A DNA stretch of 63,065 nucleotides, filler included, from Octopus bimaculoides (Eukaryota): NCBI RefSeq assembly GCF_001194135.2. It is 7 parts of 6 records of this genome, joined end to end, with 100 filler letters (N's around TTAATTAATTAA, not from the genome) between each part and the next. Parts side by side here need not be neighbours in the genome. Positions count along the whole stretch, not along the records: positions 23,615 to 41,417 come from NC_068997.1; positions 41,518 to 45,643 come from NC_069000.1; positions 45,744 to 58,224 come from NC_068992.1; 4 more parts are not named here. One strand, written 5' to 3'. Of the stretch, positions 36,848 to 48,734 are shown in pieces. The notes under the pieces are model-generated. The model worked only from the letters and a program-made list of their open reading frames with translations. It did not search any database and had not been told where the DNA came from. Both the position numbers and the translations under genes were made by a program. How positions within the stretch are numbered: the first letter of the stretch is position 1; each line of letters begins with the position of its first letter.

Positions 36848-37192
36848 GTAAAACTAAGCGGATTACATTTCCTTTCTCTGAGCTCTTTCATTAGTTATTT
36901 ATCTTATTCTTTCACAAATACGTTTAGTCTCGGGTTAAATATATAATGTTACCATTATATAATTGTCGTTTGCAATTATTTTGTCATGCAAAGTGGCATC
37001 CGTTTTCGGATGTAACCACATAGTGGTCTCCTGTTGCCTTCTCCAAATCAGCGGGAAACCTGAAATTTTAAGACTGCGGGGGAAATAGTATCCTACGTTA
37101 TACATAAACATTAGCAACGTAAAGGGTGGTTAAATAACTACAACCCGAGATCTAAATAGAGACTGGGCTTACTATGTGTGTGTGTGTGTAGA

Positions 37193-37224
<32 letters not shown>

Positions 37225-37241
37225 GGGGATATATGTATGTA

Positions 37242-37272
<31 letters not shown>

Positions 37273-40200
37273 CATACATACATACATACGTACGTACATA
37301 CATACATACATACGTACATACATACATACATACATATTTAATAAGGTGAGCTTGCCAGAATTGTCTTTACGTTCCGAGTTCAAATTCCGCCAAGGTCGAC
37401 TTAGCCTTTCATCCTTTCGAAGTCGATGGAGTAAGTACCAGTTGTGCAATGAGAGTCAGTGTAATCTTAGGCATAAGTATACGCACGGCCCGTACCTGAC
37501 CAACCGCCCCCAATTTCAGACCTCCTGCCTATAGAAGAAAGGTGTACATACGTACACACACACACACTTTTCTAAGTGATAAATATATAAACGCAATTTA
37601 CTTAATATTTATTTTTCACTGACGTTATTTCTGTTGATTTCTTTATTTTCTGCAAACTAAGTGCACAAAAAAGCTACACGCTTGCATTATGTTATATATA
37701 CAATAATAATAAAGGACGTTACCGTATATACGTTTACAAACAAAGGACGTTATATAGACCTCATTGACTCAAGTTAGAGAAGGGATGCGTATTATACACA
37801 CGGTTTAGGATTTTCAGAGGTATAGCCCTCTAAAAATCCTCTGCGCATTATACTCAAGGGCGGACTATACTCGAGGATTTACGGTACTTGTTATCTTTAC
37901 ATTTTAACTGCCCTAGTATTTGTCACGTAACTGCGTTAATCATTTAATTGAAGTTTTTTTAGCAGTAATTTCGGGGTTTCGGTATTAACTAAGAGGAAAC
38001 TATGCACCTTTTTACATCCGTCCCCGAGTACAGCTATCATCTGTCGTCCGTGATATATACAGGGACGGATTAAGACCCATGGAGGTACCGAAGCGCTTAA
38101 AAGATTGTGGTACTCCCCACATGTATATAATTCAAAATATAAGCAACAAGAAACCATAAATTTTTTTTTTTTTCATTTTTCCATATGAAACAAAATCAAC
38201 AGTAAAATGAAAAATAATATTTATTTTTCTATACTTCCACTTTATATTTAAAAAAAAGGTTTTCTACTTTTTTTTAATTGCTAAGTCTGTGATCAGGTCC
38301 TCAAAATTAATCTTATGTAACACATCTGCTTCTATACACAGTGGAGATAAGTTTAAAGTTATTTCTTTTGTGCCGTAAACTATTTACCATTCTTGCGGTG
38401 CCCCCCTCCCCACCATTCCTGTGGTGTCTCCGCTATATATATATATATATATATTATATATGAGACCTAGTCGTGTTTCTGTTTTTAATAGCTTTTATGG
38501 CTCCTCTGCGATGTTAATTGCTTCAGTAATCGTTTGTGTATTCAAACAATTACGATGTAATTGTTTCAATTACAGGCTCAGATCAAGTCAGCTACTCGGC
38601 AAGTACAACACTAAAATGTGTGTGTGTGTGTGCGCGCGCACGTATGTATCCATCTATATTATACATACGCACTCACGTACACACACAAAACGCCCTTCCT
38701 ACAACAAAACCACATTATCTTAAATCATAGTTTGAAAAACTGTTTTTAGATAATTATGTGAAAGGGATAATAGGAAAGAAAAGGAAAAAAAACATTCATT
38801 TTTTTTTTTTTAGGTACAACTAATAGTTTGCGAAATAACTAATAGTTTTGTTGTGTCAGTTTTGTTGCCCGTCAAACTAAAAAGATCCGAGGGTCATATT
38901 GCCTTATATTTTCATAAAATCTGTTGACAACGTTTGTGAAGACGGGAAGAATTTGTGATCTTGGGATTAATTGCATGACGAAATGGGATAGCTGCAATAG
39001 AGTTTCGAAATCACGGTGCGAATGCAATCTAGAGGGGAGGAGCCGTATATGAAACATCTTTTGAAAATGTCAGCACATTTTTCATTCATTGAGTTCCAAC
39101 ATTTTCGTTGATTCCCGTTCGAATCTCAAGAAATAATGCTGATGTGTAACGTAGGCACTAAGGCCTCAAATTTTAGGAGGGGCTATACCAGTCATTTAAA
39201 CCGACCAGTGCCCAACCTCGCAAAAGAATTAAAATTAAAATCTAAATCAGTGGGATTAGAATCGTACGATTTGTACATCCAAGCTTTACTTAACTGGATA
39301 CTGGATGGTTTCCGTGTTGAAGCTCCTAGGAGCTTGTTCACAGGTCCTTTTCCACTAGTACAATTAATTTGTCATGTGTGGTCCATGTGTCAGTGTCAGT
39401 GTTAAAAGGAAAAAATTATATTTATATTATTACACTAAGCAGAACCCGAATGAAACTTATGTTGCATTTTCTCTCAGGTGAGATCTCTCGGTAGACTGTC
39501 AGACATCAGCGAAGTCGACAATGAAGAAACGAGCCAGAGACTCGCTTTAATGAATCATTCGTAATTTTACGAAGGATTGTGGAATATGTTCGCAAAACTA
39601 TTCGCCAGCCAAAATATATATTGGCTTCAGATTTTGGTACAAGGTCAGGTACATCGACTACAGTGTTCAACTCGTGTTTATTTTATTGACACCGAAAGGA
39701 TGAAAGGCAAAGCCGACCCCCGACGGTCGTTGAACTCAGAACTCAAAGTCGGAAGAAATGTCGCTAAGCATTTTCCTCGGTGCGATAACGATTTTGCTTG
39801 CTTGACGCCATTAAATATACAATTTTTAGTTTCAAATTTTCGCATAAGGCCAGCAATTTCGAGGGAGGACTTAAGTCTATTACATTGATTCTAGTACTCA
39901 ACCGGTACTTGTTTTAGCGACCTCGAAAGAGATGAAAAGCAAAGTCGACCTCGGTGGAATTTGTACTCAGAACATAAAGACAGATGAAATACTGTTGGTC
40001 ATTTTGTCTGGCGAATATTCAAAGGCCGGACGAGCTGACAAAATCGTTAGCACGCCGGACGAAATGCTTAGCGGCATTTCGTTCGTTTTTACGTTCTGAG
40101 CTCAAATTTCGCCAAGGTCGACTTTGCCTTTTATTCCTTTCAGGGTCGATAAAGTAAGTACCAGTCAAGTGCTGAGGTCGATGTATTCGACTTATTCACT

Positions 40201-40377
40201 CTTCATAAATTGCTGGCCTTGTGCCAAAATTTGAAACGATATCAAGAATACATTATTATTATTATTAAGCATGTTATTTTTCCTCATAATTCTGAATTTC
40301 TCTTTTTTTTTATTTCTCTTCTTCTAAATTTTTCCCAATTGATTGGTGTAAAGAAATTTAAATTTGTCTCCACTTAC

Positions 40378-40630
40378 CAAAAATACATCTTAAAGAAAGT
40401 TGAAGAATTGTTAGAACTAAGCCAAAAATAAATTCTGCGAATTTCTTAAGAGCAGGAACAGGTTGACAAGAGTTGTTTCCCTTTAAATGCTTTTTCTCCA
40501 AAGTTATGCAAAAAATAATTTTTAAATATAGTAAGGCCGCTTGTAAAACAAAAAACTCGTAAAGCAGAGCAATAATTGTCCATAGTAGCAATGTTATAAA
40601 TCGTAATTCGTCCCCAGAAAAATATTTTAA
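40378..40630 (-). other. Candidate internal coding exon of a membrane protein
   Basis: TATTTTATAG| 253 nt open (LKYFSGDELRFITLLLWTIIALLYEFFVLQAALLYLKIIFC...KFAEFIFGLVLTILQLSLRCIF-G) |GTAAGT. It has two hydrophobic segments. No family recognised. Confidence 0.35.
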
Positions 40631-40944
40631 CTATAAAATATATAATACCCGTAAATAAATGGCAATAAGCACTAAGTTTTGGCAGTGAACAAACAGGTAG
40701 TGGTTTCAAGGCGACGAAAATATTTCGACACAAATCAAAATCAAATTAACGGTTTTTGTGTGTTCTTGAATGGCTTACAAATATCTTCCATACTACAATT
40801 GTTTTTTTGTTTTAGCACACGATCTCAGATCAAGTCACTCGCTATGCAAATACATCTCCGTAAATGTAAAGAATATTTTATGTAAAGTGAAAAGAATGTC
40901 ACAATCATTTATAATAGAAAATAGGTCTTAGCTTGTGCTTACTT

Positions 40945-41417
40945 GGTGACTTCACTGATGCTAGTGCTACATAAAAAGCATCCAGTACACTCTGCATTTG
41001 TATTAAGAAGGCCACCACCCACAAATCTGTTGAAAGCCACCGACCAGATTTGTGGGTGGTGTAAGGTCCCCTCCCAACCCAGAGTAACGTGGTGGTGGAA
41101 CAAGGAGGTAGACAGGGCTATTAGACAAAAGAAACAAGCTTGGAAGGACTGGAAGAACGGTGGTAGCAGGGAATTGTACCAATGTGCCAGAAGGGAGGCT
41201 AGGCGACAGGTTTATTTAGCCAGAGGGGAAGCAGATAAGGAAAGATTTGCCAATGTTCTGCGCCGTGAGGACCAAAGACTCGAGGTATTTCGGGTTGCAA
41301 GACAGTGTAGGAGAGAGAATAGTGATGTTGTAGGAGAGAAATGTGTTCGCATGGATGATGGTACGCTTGCATTAAATGAGGATGCAAAGAAAGAGGTCTG
41401 GAGATGCCACTACGATA
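40945..41417 (+). mobile_element. RTE-clade LINE fragment (region between endonuclease and RT)
   Basis: LLKATDQICGWCKVPSQPRVTWWWNKEVDRAIRQKKQAWKDWK...VVGEKCVRMDDGTLAL..KKEVWRCHY. It is open for about 130 codons and cut by a gap. Confidence 0.85.
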
Positions 41418-41680
41418 NNNNNNNNNNNNNNNNNNNNNNNNNNNNNNNNNNNNNNNNNNNNTTAATTAATTAANNNNNNNNNNNNNNNNNNNNNNNNNNN
41501 NNNNNNNNNNNNNNNNNGTAGAAAATAAAGGAGTATATTTTAGATTAAAAAAGAACTTTGTTTATCTTAATTTTGAAAAAAATAAATGAAGTATAAAAAA
41601 CCGCATTATTTATGGGATGACCCAATATGTGTGTGTGTGTGTGTGTGTGTAAGCAACAGAACATCAAGAAGTGATCCAGT

Positions 41681-42020
41681 ACGACCGTTTCAAGCGGCTC
41701 CATTTAATTGAACAATGTAATCATTACATCAATTTAAATGCAGTGCTATCATCAGCTACACAAATAAATAGAATTTTAGCCAGTTGGACACATTAATATA
41801 ATTTTTCTCAAATACAGAGCAAGAAGATGGAAGAAATTCATGTTGTCACTATTGTAGCTAAGAATAGACTACACTTCCAAGAATGACCATTTCTTCCATC
41901 TTGCTCTGTTAAAGTATTTGAGAAAAATTATATTAATGTGTCCAACTAGTTAAAATTCTGCATTTAAATTGATGTAATTATTGCATTATTCAATTAAATG
42001 GTGCCGTTTGAAACGATCGT
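41681..42020. repeat. 340-bp foldback (long imperfect inverted repeat, MITE-like)
   Basis: Arms of about 135-165 bp align in inverted orientation with few substitutions, a 28-bp insertion in the left arm and a spacer of about 40 bp. Confidence 0.85.
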
Positions 42021-43061
42021 TCATATGCGCAACTCTGAGAAGTGTAATACATTATTGTGCTGACGATATTGGTAGGGTATTGATAGTAACGCTGGCTGCA
42101 GTTCTTGTAAGTAGTATGGACTTGACAGTGAACGATATATTTTTCCGGACAGAAATTTAACAATATCCGTGTGATTGAAGACATACGTCTTAGTGCAATT
42201 ATTTGTTAATAATCAACAACAATCATCGGCAATCAATAGCAATCAGGAGCAGCCTCATCATAAGTTTGTGTTCATACATACATATATGCGTGTGTATGTA
42301 AGAATATATATAGTAGGCCGTGATGCTTATTCTATCGATATCTTCTGCCAAACCACTATGTTACGAGGACGTAAGCACACCANNNNNNNNNNNNNNNNNN
42401 NNNNNNNNNNNNNNNNNNNNNNNNNNNNNNNNNNNNNNNNNNNNNNNNNNNNNNNNNNNNNNNNNNNNNNNNNNNNNNNNNNAATGCAGAGCAATCCTCA
42501 GCTGCACAAATACATAGAATTTAATTAAATTAAAACAGTTGGATACATTAGTATATTTTTTTTTAGTATAATTTTATACCTAAAATCTTCAAGAAGTTAA
42601 GGAGATAGACAAAGAACATGCTGCCTTCACTCCAGCATAGAAGCTACTAAGGTATCAAGAAGATTTACATTGTTACAGACCCTGCCTGTCACTGATTTTT
42701 TTTGTTTTTATGGGGTCAGTTTTAATTTATGGACTAGTTTATCAAATCCTTGTATATCTAAGGCTGATAGAACAAAGGGGCATACTAAATATACACTTTC
42801 AGCTTCATACGTATTATTATTGAAACAATAGGATACATACCAACTTGGGTATCTTGGGGAGAGAGCTCAAATTCCTTAATTTATATGCTGCAATTAATCA
42901 TGATATCTGAGGCTATAAAAATCTGCAAGGCTCTCTAACGATCTCAAGGATGGTGGTTAAATCAAGATATTTCCTTTCCGTCATAGCCTTGCTATCAAGT
43001 AGTTGGCCGGTCAAAATTTGCTCTAAAGGAAAAAGTGAAGTGCATACATACATACATAGCC

Positions 43062-43412
43062 CAAGGACAAAGAAATAAGAATCCACACTATGGTAGAAGC
43101 CATAGTCACTCATAATAAAAAGGAGGACTGGTGGAATGTCCAAGTGAAAACCTCGATAAAATGTAAGCACAACAGACCTGATATAATGATTTGGAATAGA
43201 GAAGAGAAACAGTGCACAGTTGTGGAAATCAGCCGCCCAGCGGATGTTACCATAAAGCTGAAGATCAGAGAAAAAGAGAATGCCTACACTGAACTATTGA
43301 AAAATCTGCAGTTACTCTATCCAGATTAAAAGTTCGGGTTTATACCTGTATTTGATGGGGCTCTGGGATATATGTAACACACTGCCTAAATACCAACCTT
43401 GAGAAATTAGGC
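43062..43412 (+). mobile_element. R4/Dong-clade LINE, restriction-like endonuclease domain fragment
   Basis: WWNVQVKTSIKCKHNRPDIMIWNREEKQCTVVEISRPAD..EKENAYTELLKNLQLLYPD*KFGFIPV..GALG has the PD..D/E signature of RLE LINEs. Confidence 0.85.
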
Positions 43413-44351
43413 TTCTCGAAACCAGAATAGAGNNNNNNNNNNNNNNNNNNNNNNNNNNNNNNNNNNNNNNNNNNNNNNNNNNNNNNNNNNNNNNNNNNNN
43501 NNNNNNNNNNNNNNNNNNNNNNNNNNNNNNNNNNNNNNNNNNNNNNNNNNNNNNNNNNNNNNNNNNNNNNNNNNNNNNNNNNNNNNNNNNNNNNNNNNNN
43601 NNNNNNATACATACAAACAAAATACACTGTTGTTGATGTTGAAATTCCAATGAAGGAGCCTTGAATCTAGGTTAGAAACCGGCTCTTTCTCTACTGGCAA
43701 AAAATCTTGAAATAAAACTGAACAATCACATAAATATATACATACATACATACATACATGCATACATACATACATGCATACACACGCATACATACATACA
43801 TACATACATACATACATACATACTCCAGTCTCTGACTTTGTATTGCGTTGTCTAGTATCGTTAGTCTCTGAAATGAATCTTCTCGACCAATCACAGCGAA
43901 GTAAGTAATATTTAAATTTTCCGAATCATTTGACAAACCAACAGACTGATAGGAAGCGGAGTGGACAGGTTACAGAGATGGGTGTGGACCATTAATTAAA
44001 CGGTGGTCTACACTTTAATATGCTCACGCATGTGGTTCCATGCACTCACACAAACGTACGCTCGCATGCACAAATACAATTACAATGAACACACACACCC
44101 ATCCTTTCAATTATATGGGCTGGTATAGAAATATACAACCGTATATTACCTTTTATCGTTTACTTGTGTTAGTCCTTGGGCTGCGGTCATACTGGATACT
44201 TCTTTAACGGCTTGTAGTCGAACTAAATAACCTCCAATAGTTATTTATTTTAAGCCTGCTACCTTTTCGATCAGTCTCTTTTATAATGAAACCATCACCG
44301 ATTGTCAACTATTGGTGGGGGAAAGACACAAACACACACACATACACACAT

Positions 44352-44675
44352 GAGTTAGCACTCCGTCGCTTACGACGTCGAGGGTTCCGGTTGATCCGAT
44401 CAACGGAACAGCCTGCTCGTGAAATTAACGTGCAAGTGGCTGAGCACTCCACAGACACGTGTACCCTTAACGTAGTTCTCGGGGGATATTCAGCGTGACA
44501 CAGTGTGACAAGGCTGACCCTTTGAATTACAGGCACAACGGAAACTCAGGAAGTAAGAGTGAGAGAAAGTTGTGGTGGAAGAGTACAGCAGGGTTCGCCA
44601 CCATCCCCTGCCGGAGCCTCGTGGAGCTTTAGGTGTTTTCGCTCAATAAACACTCACAACGCCCGGTCTGGGAAA
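44352..44675 (-). mobile_element. SINE family 3 (tRNA head; second copy with intact head at 61129-61373)
   Basis: The two copies share the body CCCGGTCTGGGA..CCTGCCGGAGCCTCGTG..CCCTTTGAATTACAGGCACAAC. The head at 61310-61373 reads GGCGCAATGGCCCAGTGGTTAGG..GGTTTCGATTCCC on the minus strand. Confidence 0.8.
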
Positions 44676-44695
44676 CGAGTGTTGCAATTGTTTCC

Positions 44696-44740
44696 CTGAA
44701 GAAGTCTAATAAGATCGAAACATGGGCCGGCTGTCACTCA
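44696..44740 (+). ncRNA. Hammerhead-like motif with intact core, weak stem I
   Basis: CTGAAGA-A GTCT AATA AGAT C-GAAA CA TGGGCCGGC TGTC. It has a GUC site and a GCCGGC palindrome in loop III. Confidence 0.45.
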
Positions 44741-44840
44741 ATTGTGTAAAATAAGATTGCCTTCCCCATTGCATTCCATATTCAACCAAATTTACTTAAA
44801 ACCCCAGAGTAGTACCCCAATTTTTTTTACCAGTTAGATA

Positions 44841-44911
<71 letters not shown>

Positions 44912-45495
44912 ATATACGCGCACGCACACACATACACACAGATTGGTATACTCATGCGTAATTACAGCCATAATACCTACATAAATACAGATATATTAAT
45001 ATAGATTATACACATGCATATATTTTCATTTCATTTCAAAGTTTCAGCTCAGAGCTGCGGCCATGCTGATGCACCACACATATATGCATGTGTGTGTATG
45101 TACATATGCATATATGTGTGTGTGTTTATGTGCGCGTACGCGTGTGCAGATATATTACAAATTAATTCTCTTTGAATTTATTGTTTATGAAATAGAATTC
45201 TTCCTCGAGGGAAAAACTCAAGAAAGTTTAAAAATCAAGAATAAGGTTTTTCTATGGATATACACGATTCTTTTCAAATGATTATCTTTTATTCTGTGCG
45301 AGCTGTTCAAGCATATAAAATACAGGCGCAGGCGTGACTATGTGGCTGTGGTAAGAAATTTGGTCCCCAGCCACGCGGTTCCGGGTTCAGTCACACTCAG
45401 TTACACCTTGAACAAGTGTCTTCTAGTGTAAACTCGAACCGACCAAAGTTACTGGATTTGGTCGACAGAAACTGAAAGAAACCTGTCGTATGTGC

Positions 45496-45574
<79 letters not shown>

Positions 45575-45743
45575 CGGTTTTTTCTCCACAAACTCTGATA
45601 CTATGTATTCTATATTTTCCGTTTACCTTCCCTTTTCCCTACTNNNNNNNNNNNNNNNNNNNNNNNNNNNNNNNNNNNNNNNNNNNNTTAATTAATTAAN
45701 NNNNNNNNNNNNNNNNNNNNNNNNNNNNNNNNNNNNNNNNNNN

Positions 45744-45786
<43 letters not shown>

Positions 45787-45849
45787 TGAGTACGATGGTG
45801 ATCATGATGGCGATGACAATGCTGTTGATGATGACGGCATCGATATATA

Positions 45850-46110
45850 TGAACTAAGAGAAAAGTCTGGATATAAGAGGAGCCAGATGTAGTGAACAAG
45901 AGGGAATACTATGCTAATATGGGGGGGGGCAGTCATCAAAAGGAGTGCTGAGTGCTCAAAATTTTATGGAATTTGTAGAAGAGAAAGACTGAAGAAGACA
46001 TGGAATAAAGAGAGATCTCAGGAAGCTGTACCTAATAAATAAGATGACAAATTACCATAATAAATGGTACACAGCTGTGATGAAGAATAGATGCTGATCT
46101 GAGCAAGTAT
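45850..46110 (+). mobile_element. Decayed RTE LINE 3' end
   Basis: KKTWNK..RDLRKLYLINKMT..HNKWYTAVMK resembles the RTE C-terminal KTWDEVV..DL..L.L...M..DR..W motif. Confidence 0.5.
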
Positions 46111-47822
46111 AGTAAAACATCTGTTAAAATATTAAGTGTGATGGAGATAGTAAGGCATGATGTTTATAATCAGGTGTCTCACCCATTATAATTCTATTAA
46201 ACTTGATTTATTACATGTCCTCATCTTTGGTACCTTCTCATCTGACATTCACTCTCTCTACCATTTTGATGCCTGTGGAAACAGGGACTGCATTAGATTT
46301 TTCTCTGCTGCAAGCCTCAGTTACATCCGCAGTTAGACACATTCATGTATTTATGTGGGTATTTACATAAGTGTGTGTTTGAAGGGCTTCCATATTGTTT
46401 CTGTGAACAGAATCTTAAACACAAGGCTTTGTTCTATGAATTTGCCTTATGCTTCAATGCTACAATAGAAGATACTTTCCCAAAGTGCAATGCAATGGAA
46501 ATGATCCCAAAACCATGGGGCTGCAAAGAAGACATTTTCACCCCACAGCCATATATGTGTATATGTGTGTGTATGTGTGTGTGCATGTGCGTGTGTATCT
46601 ATACATAGACACACACACACACATAGACACACACATACATACACAAGAATATTTAGAGAGAAAATACTTGCCATTCTAACAGAAATATTTTGTTTATGTT
46701 TCTCAGTTGTTGTTATTGATGATGTGTAGTTCCTGTCTTCACAACTCTCAGCCTTCTCCCTCTCTCTTTCTCTCCACCCTCACTAACTCTCTCACTCTTC
46801 CTCCCTTTCTTGTCAACAAGACCTTTATTTACTGTAATAGTTCTTTTTTTTTTCTTTTTTCATTCATTCATTTTTTTTAAAATTCAGTCATTCATTGTTC
46901 CCTTTTTTTTCTTTCTCTTTCTCATCCACTTTCTTCCCATCATTCTATCTCTTTCACTCTCTCTGTTCTTCAGATCCCCTTCTCTCTCTCCTCCCTCTCC
47001 TGCTACCACACTTTCCTCCCTCATTCCTCTCTCTCACCCCCTCAACCCCTCACCACGCACTCACCCACAAAACAAACACTAAATACATTTGAAGAATATT
47101 TTGGCAAAGAATTACAGATTTTCGATATTTCTGTTTAGAAAAAGAGAAAACAATAGTAAATAAAAAAACAAAAAAACTCAACAACAATCGGTTTGAATGT
47201 TGGCCATTAAGGAATAACTGCCTAGATATGGCAGATGTATCCCTTATCCATACAGCTCTGGAAACTAACAGCTACAATAACAACAACAACACATCCCACC
47301 AACCCTTCTGTACCCTTCTACATAAGAAAAGCAGGTGTTGGTGGGGAAAGTGCAGAGGAATTTCAGAACATGGGGTGAAAATGATAAAATGGTAACATTG
47401 TTTACAGTGCAATGTTTTAGAGGTGAACAAGGGTATTATGTCTACAAAAATGGCTAGGAAACGATTGGACTAAGTGTTCTATAGTAGGGTTTTGTTTTGT
47501 TTATTTTCTTCTACCAGAAGTGATAGGAATGGTAGACTTTGTGATTTTTTTTATCAGTGACAACAAAAGGGAAGTTTTTTCCTCAAATGAGGGCTTGGCC
47601 TAAATGCTTGCGAAAGGGTTTTTGTTGGACTACAAAGTTACAAAGGTAACATTAGTTGTCAACTGCTGGGATATATGTATGCATGTATGTATGTATGTAT
47701 GTAGATAGATATAGATATGTATATACATATATACATACATACATACATATATACATACACATATATGTGTATATATGTATGTGTGTATGTATGTATATAT
47801 ATATATATATGTATACACATAC

Positions 47823-47867
<45 letters not shown>

Positions 47868-47989
47868 NNNNNNNNNNNNNNNNNNNNNNNNNNNNNNNNN
47901 NNNTATATACATAGATATAGATAGCCACCTTTTATGTTCTTCTGTCTTATTCTCTTGTATTTACCTTGTACTTGAACCTCACATCACTT

Positions 47990-48044
<55 letters not shown>

Positions 48045-48164
48045 TACACACACTTTCCATGTGGGCAAGCCATATATTCACCTCTTCAGCAAAGCACCTG
48101 CTCCTCTCCCTCTATCATGGCTTCTTATTCCTCCGGTCTGTACCCCACTCAATCGAGGGGTCTT

Positions 48165-48365
48165 ATCCTGCAGGTACTTGGTGACCTCACCAGTGCTGGT
48201 GCCACATAAAAAACAGCCAGTACATTCTCTTAAGTGGTTGGCATTAGGAAAGACATCCAGCTGTAGAAGCCATCCCAAAACTGACACAGAATTTGGCACA
48301 GTCCTCTTGTTCTTGTCAAACCATCCAACTCATGCCAGCGTAGAAAAGAGAGCATCAAATGATGA
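48165..48365 (+). mobile_element. SINE with RTE-type 3' tail ending in (GAT)n (other copies 53240-53545, 32608-32680)
   Basis: Shared GCCACATAAAAA..GTGGTTGGCATTAGGAAG.GCATCCAGCTGTA..CCATCCAACCCATGCCAGC.TGGAA..GGACGTTAAACGATGATG. Confidence 0.75.
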
Positions 48366-48370
48366 TGATT

Positions 48371-48412
<42 letters not shown>

Positions 48413-48734
48413 ATGATGATGATTATGATGATGATGGTGTGTACATCTGTATGTGTGTATATTCACATACATATCAGGCTTCCTCACAGTTTCTGTCTAC
48501 CAAGTTCATTCATAAACCATTGTTTGGTCGGGGATTATTATAAAAAAAACACTTGCCCTAGACACCACCATATGGTAGAACTGCGCTTGAAGCTATGTTC
48601 ATGTTAAGTGAAACCCTTAGATATGAAGCTATACTAGCACTTAATGTCAAGCAATTAAGGATAGTATTTCGGTAAACCAGGCTGATTGCATCATTTCTTT
48701 ATTTATTTAAAGATGTGTTCTGATGATGTCTTAA

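Noticed and set aside
43640-43700. Hammerhead-like CCAATGA...AGAAACCGGCTC (also CTGAAGA...GAAAC at about 18357-18415)
   Set aside because: The first has two core mismatches and the second has no credible stems I and II. Both are too degenerate to call.
47656-48607. 295-aa, poly-His, poly-Met and poly-Asp ORFs
   Set aside because: They are composed of (TA)n, (CA)n and (GAT)n microsatellites plus SINE sequence.
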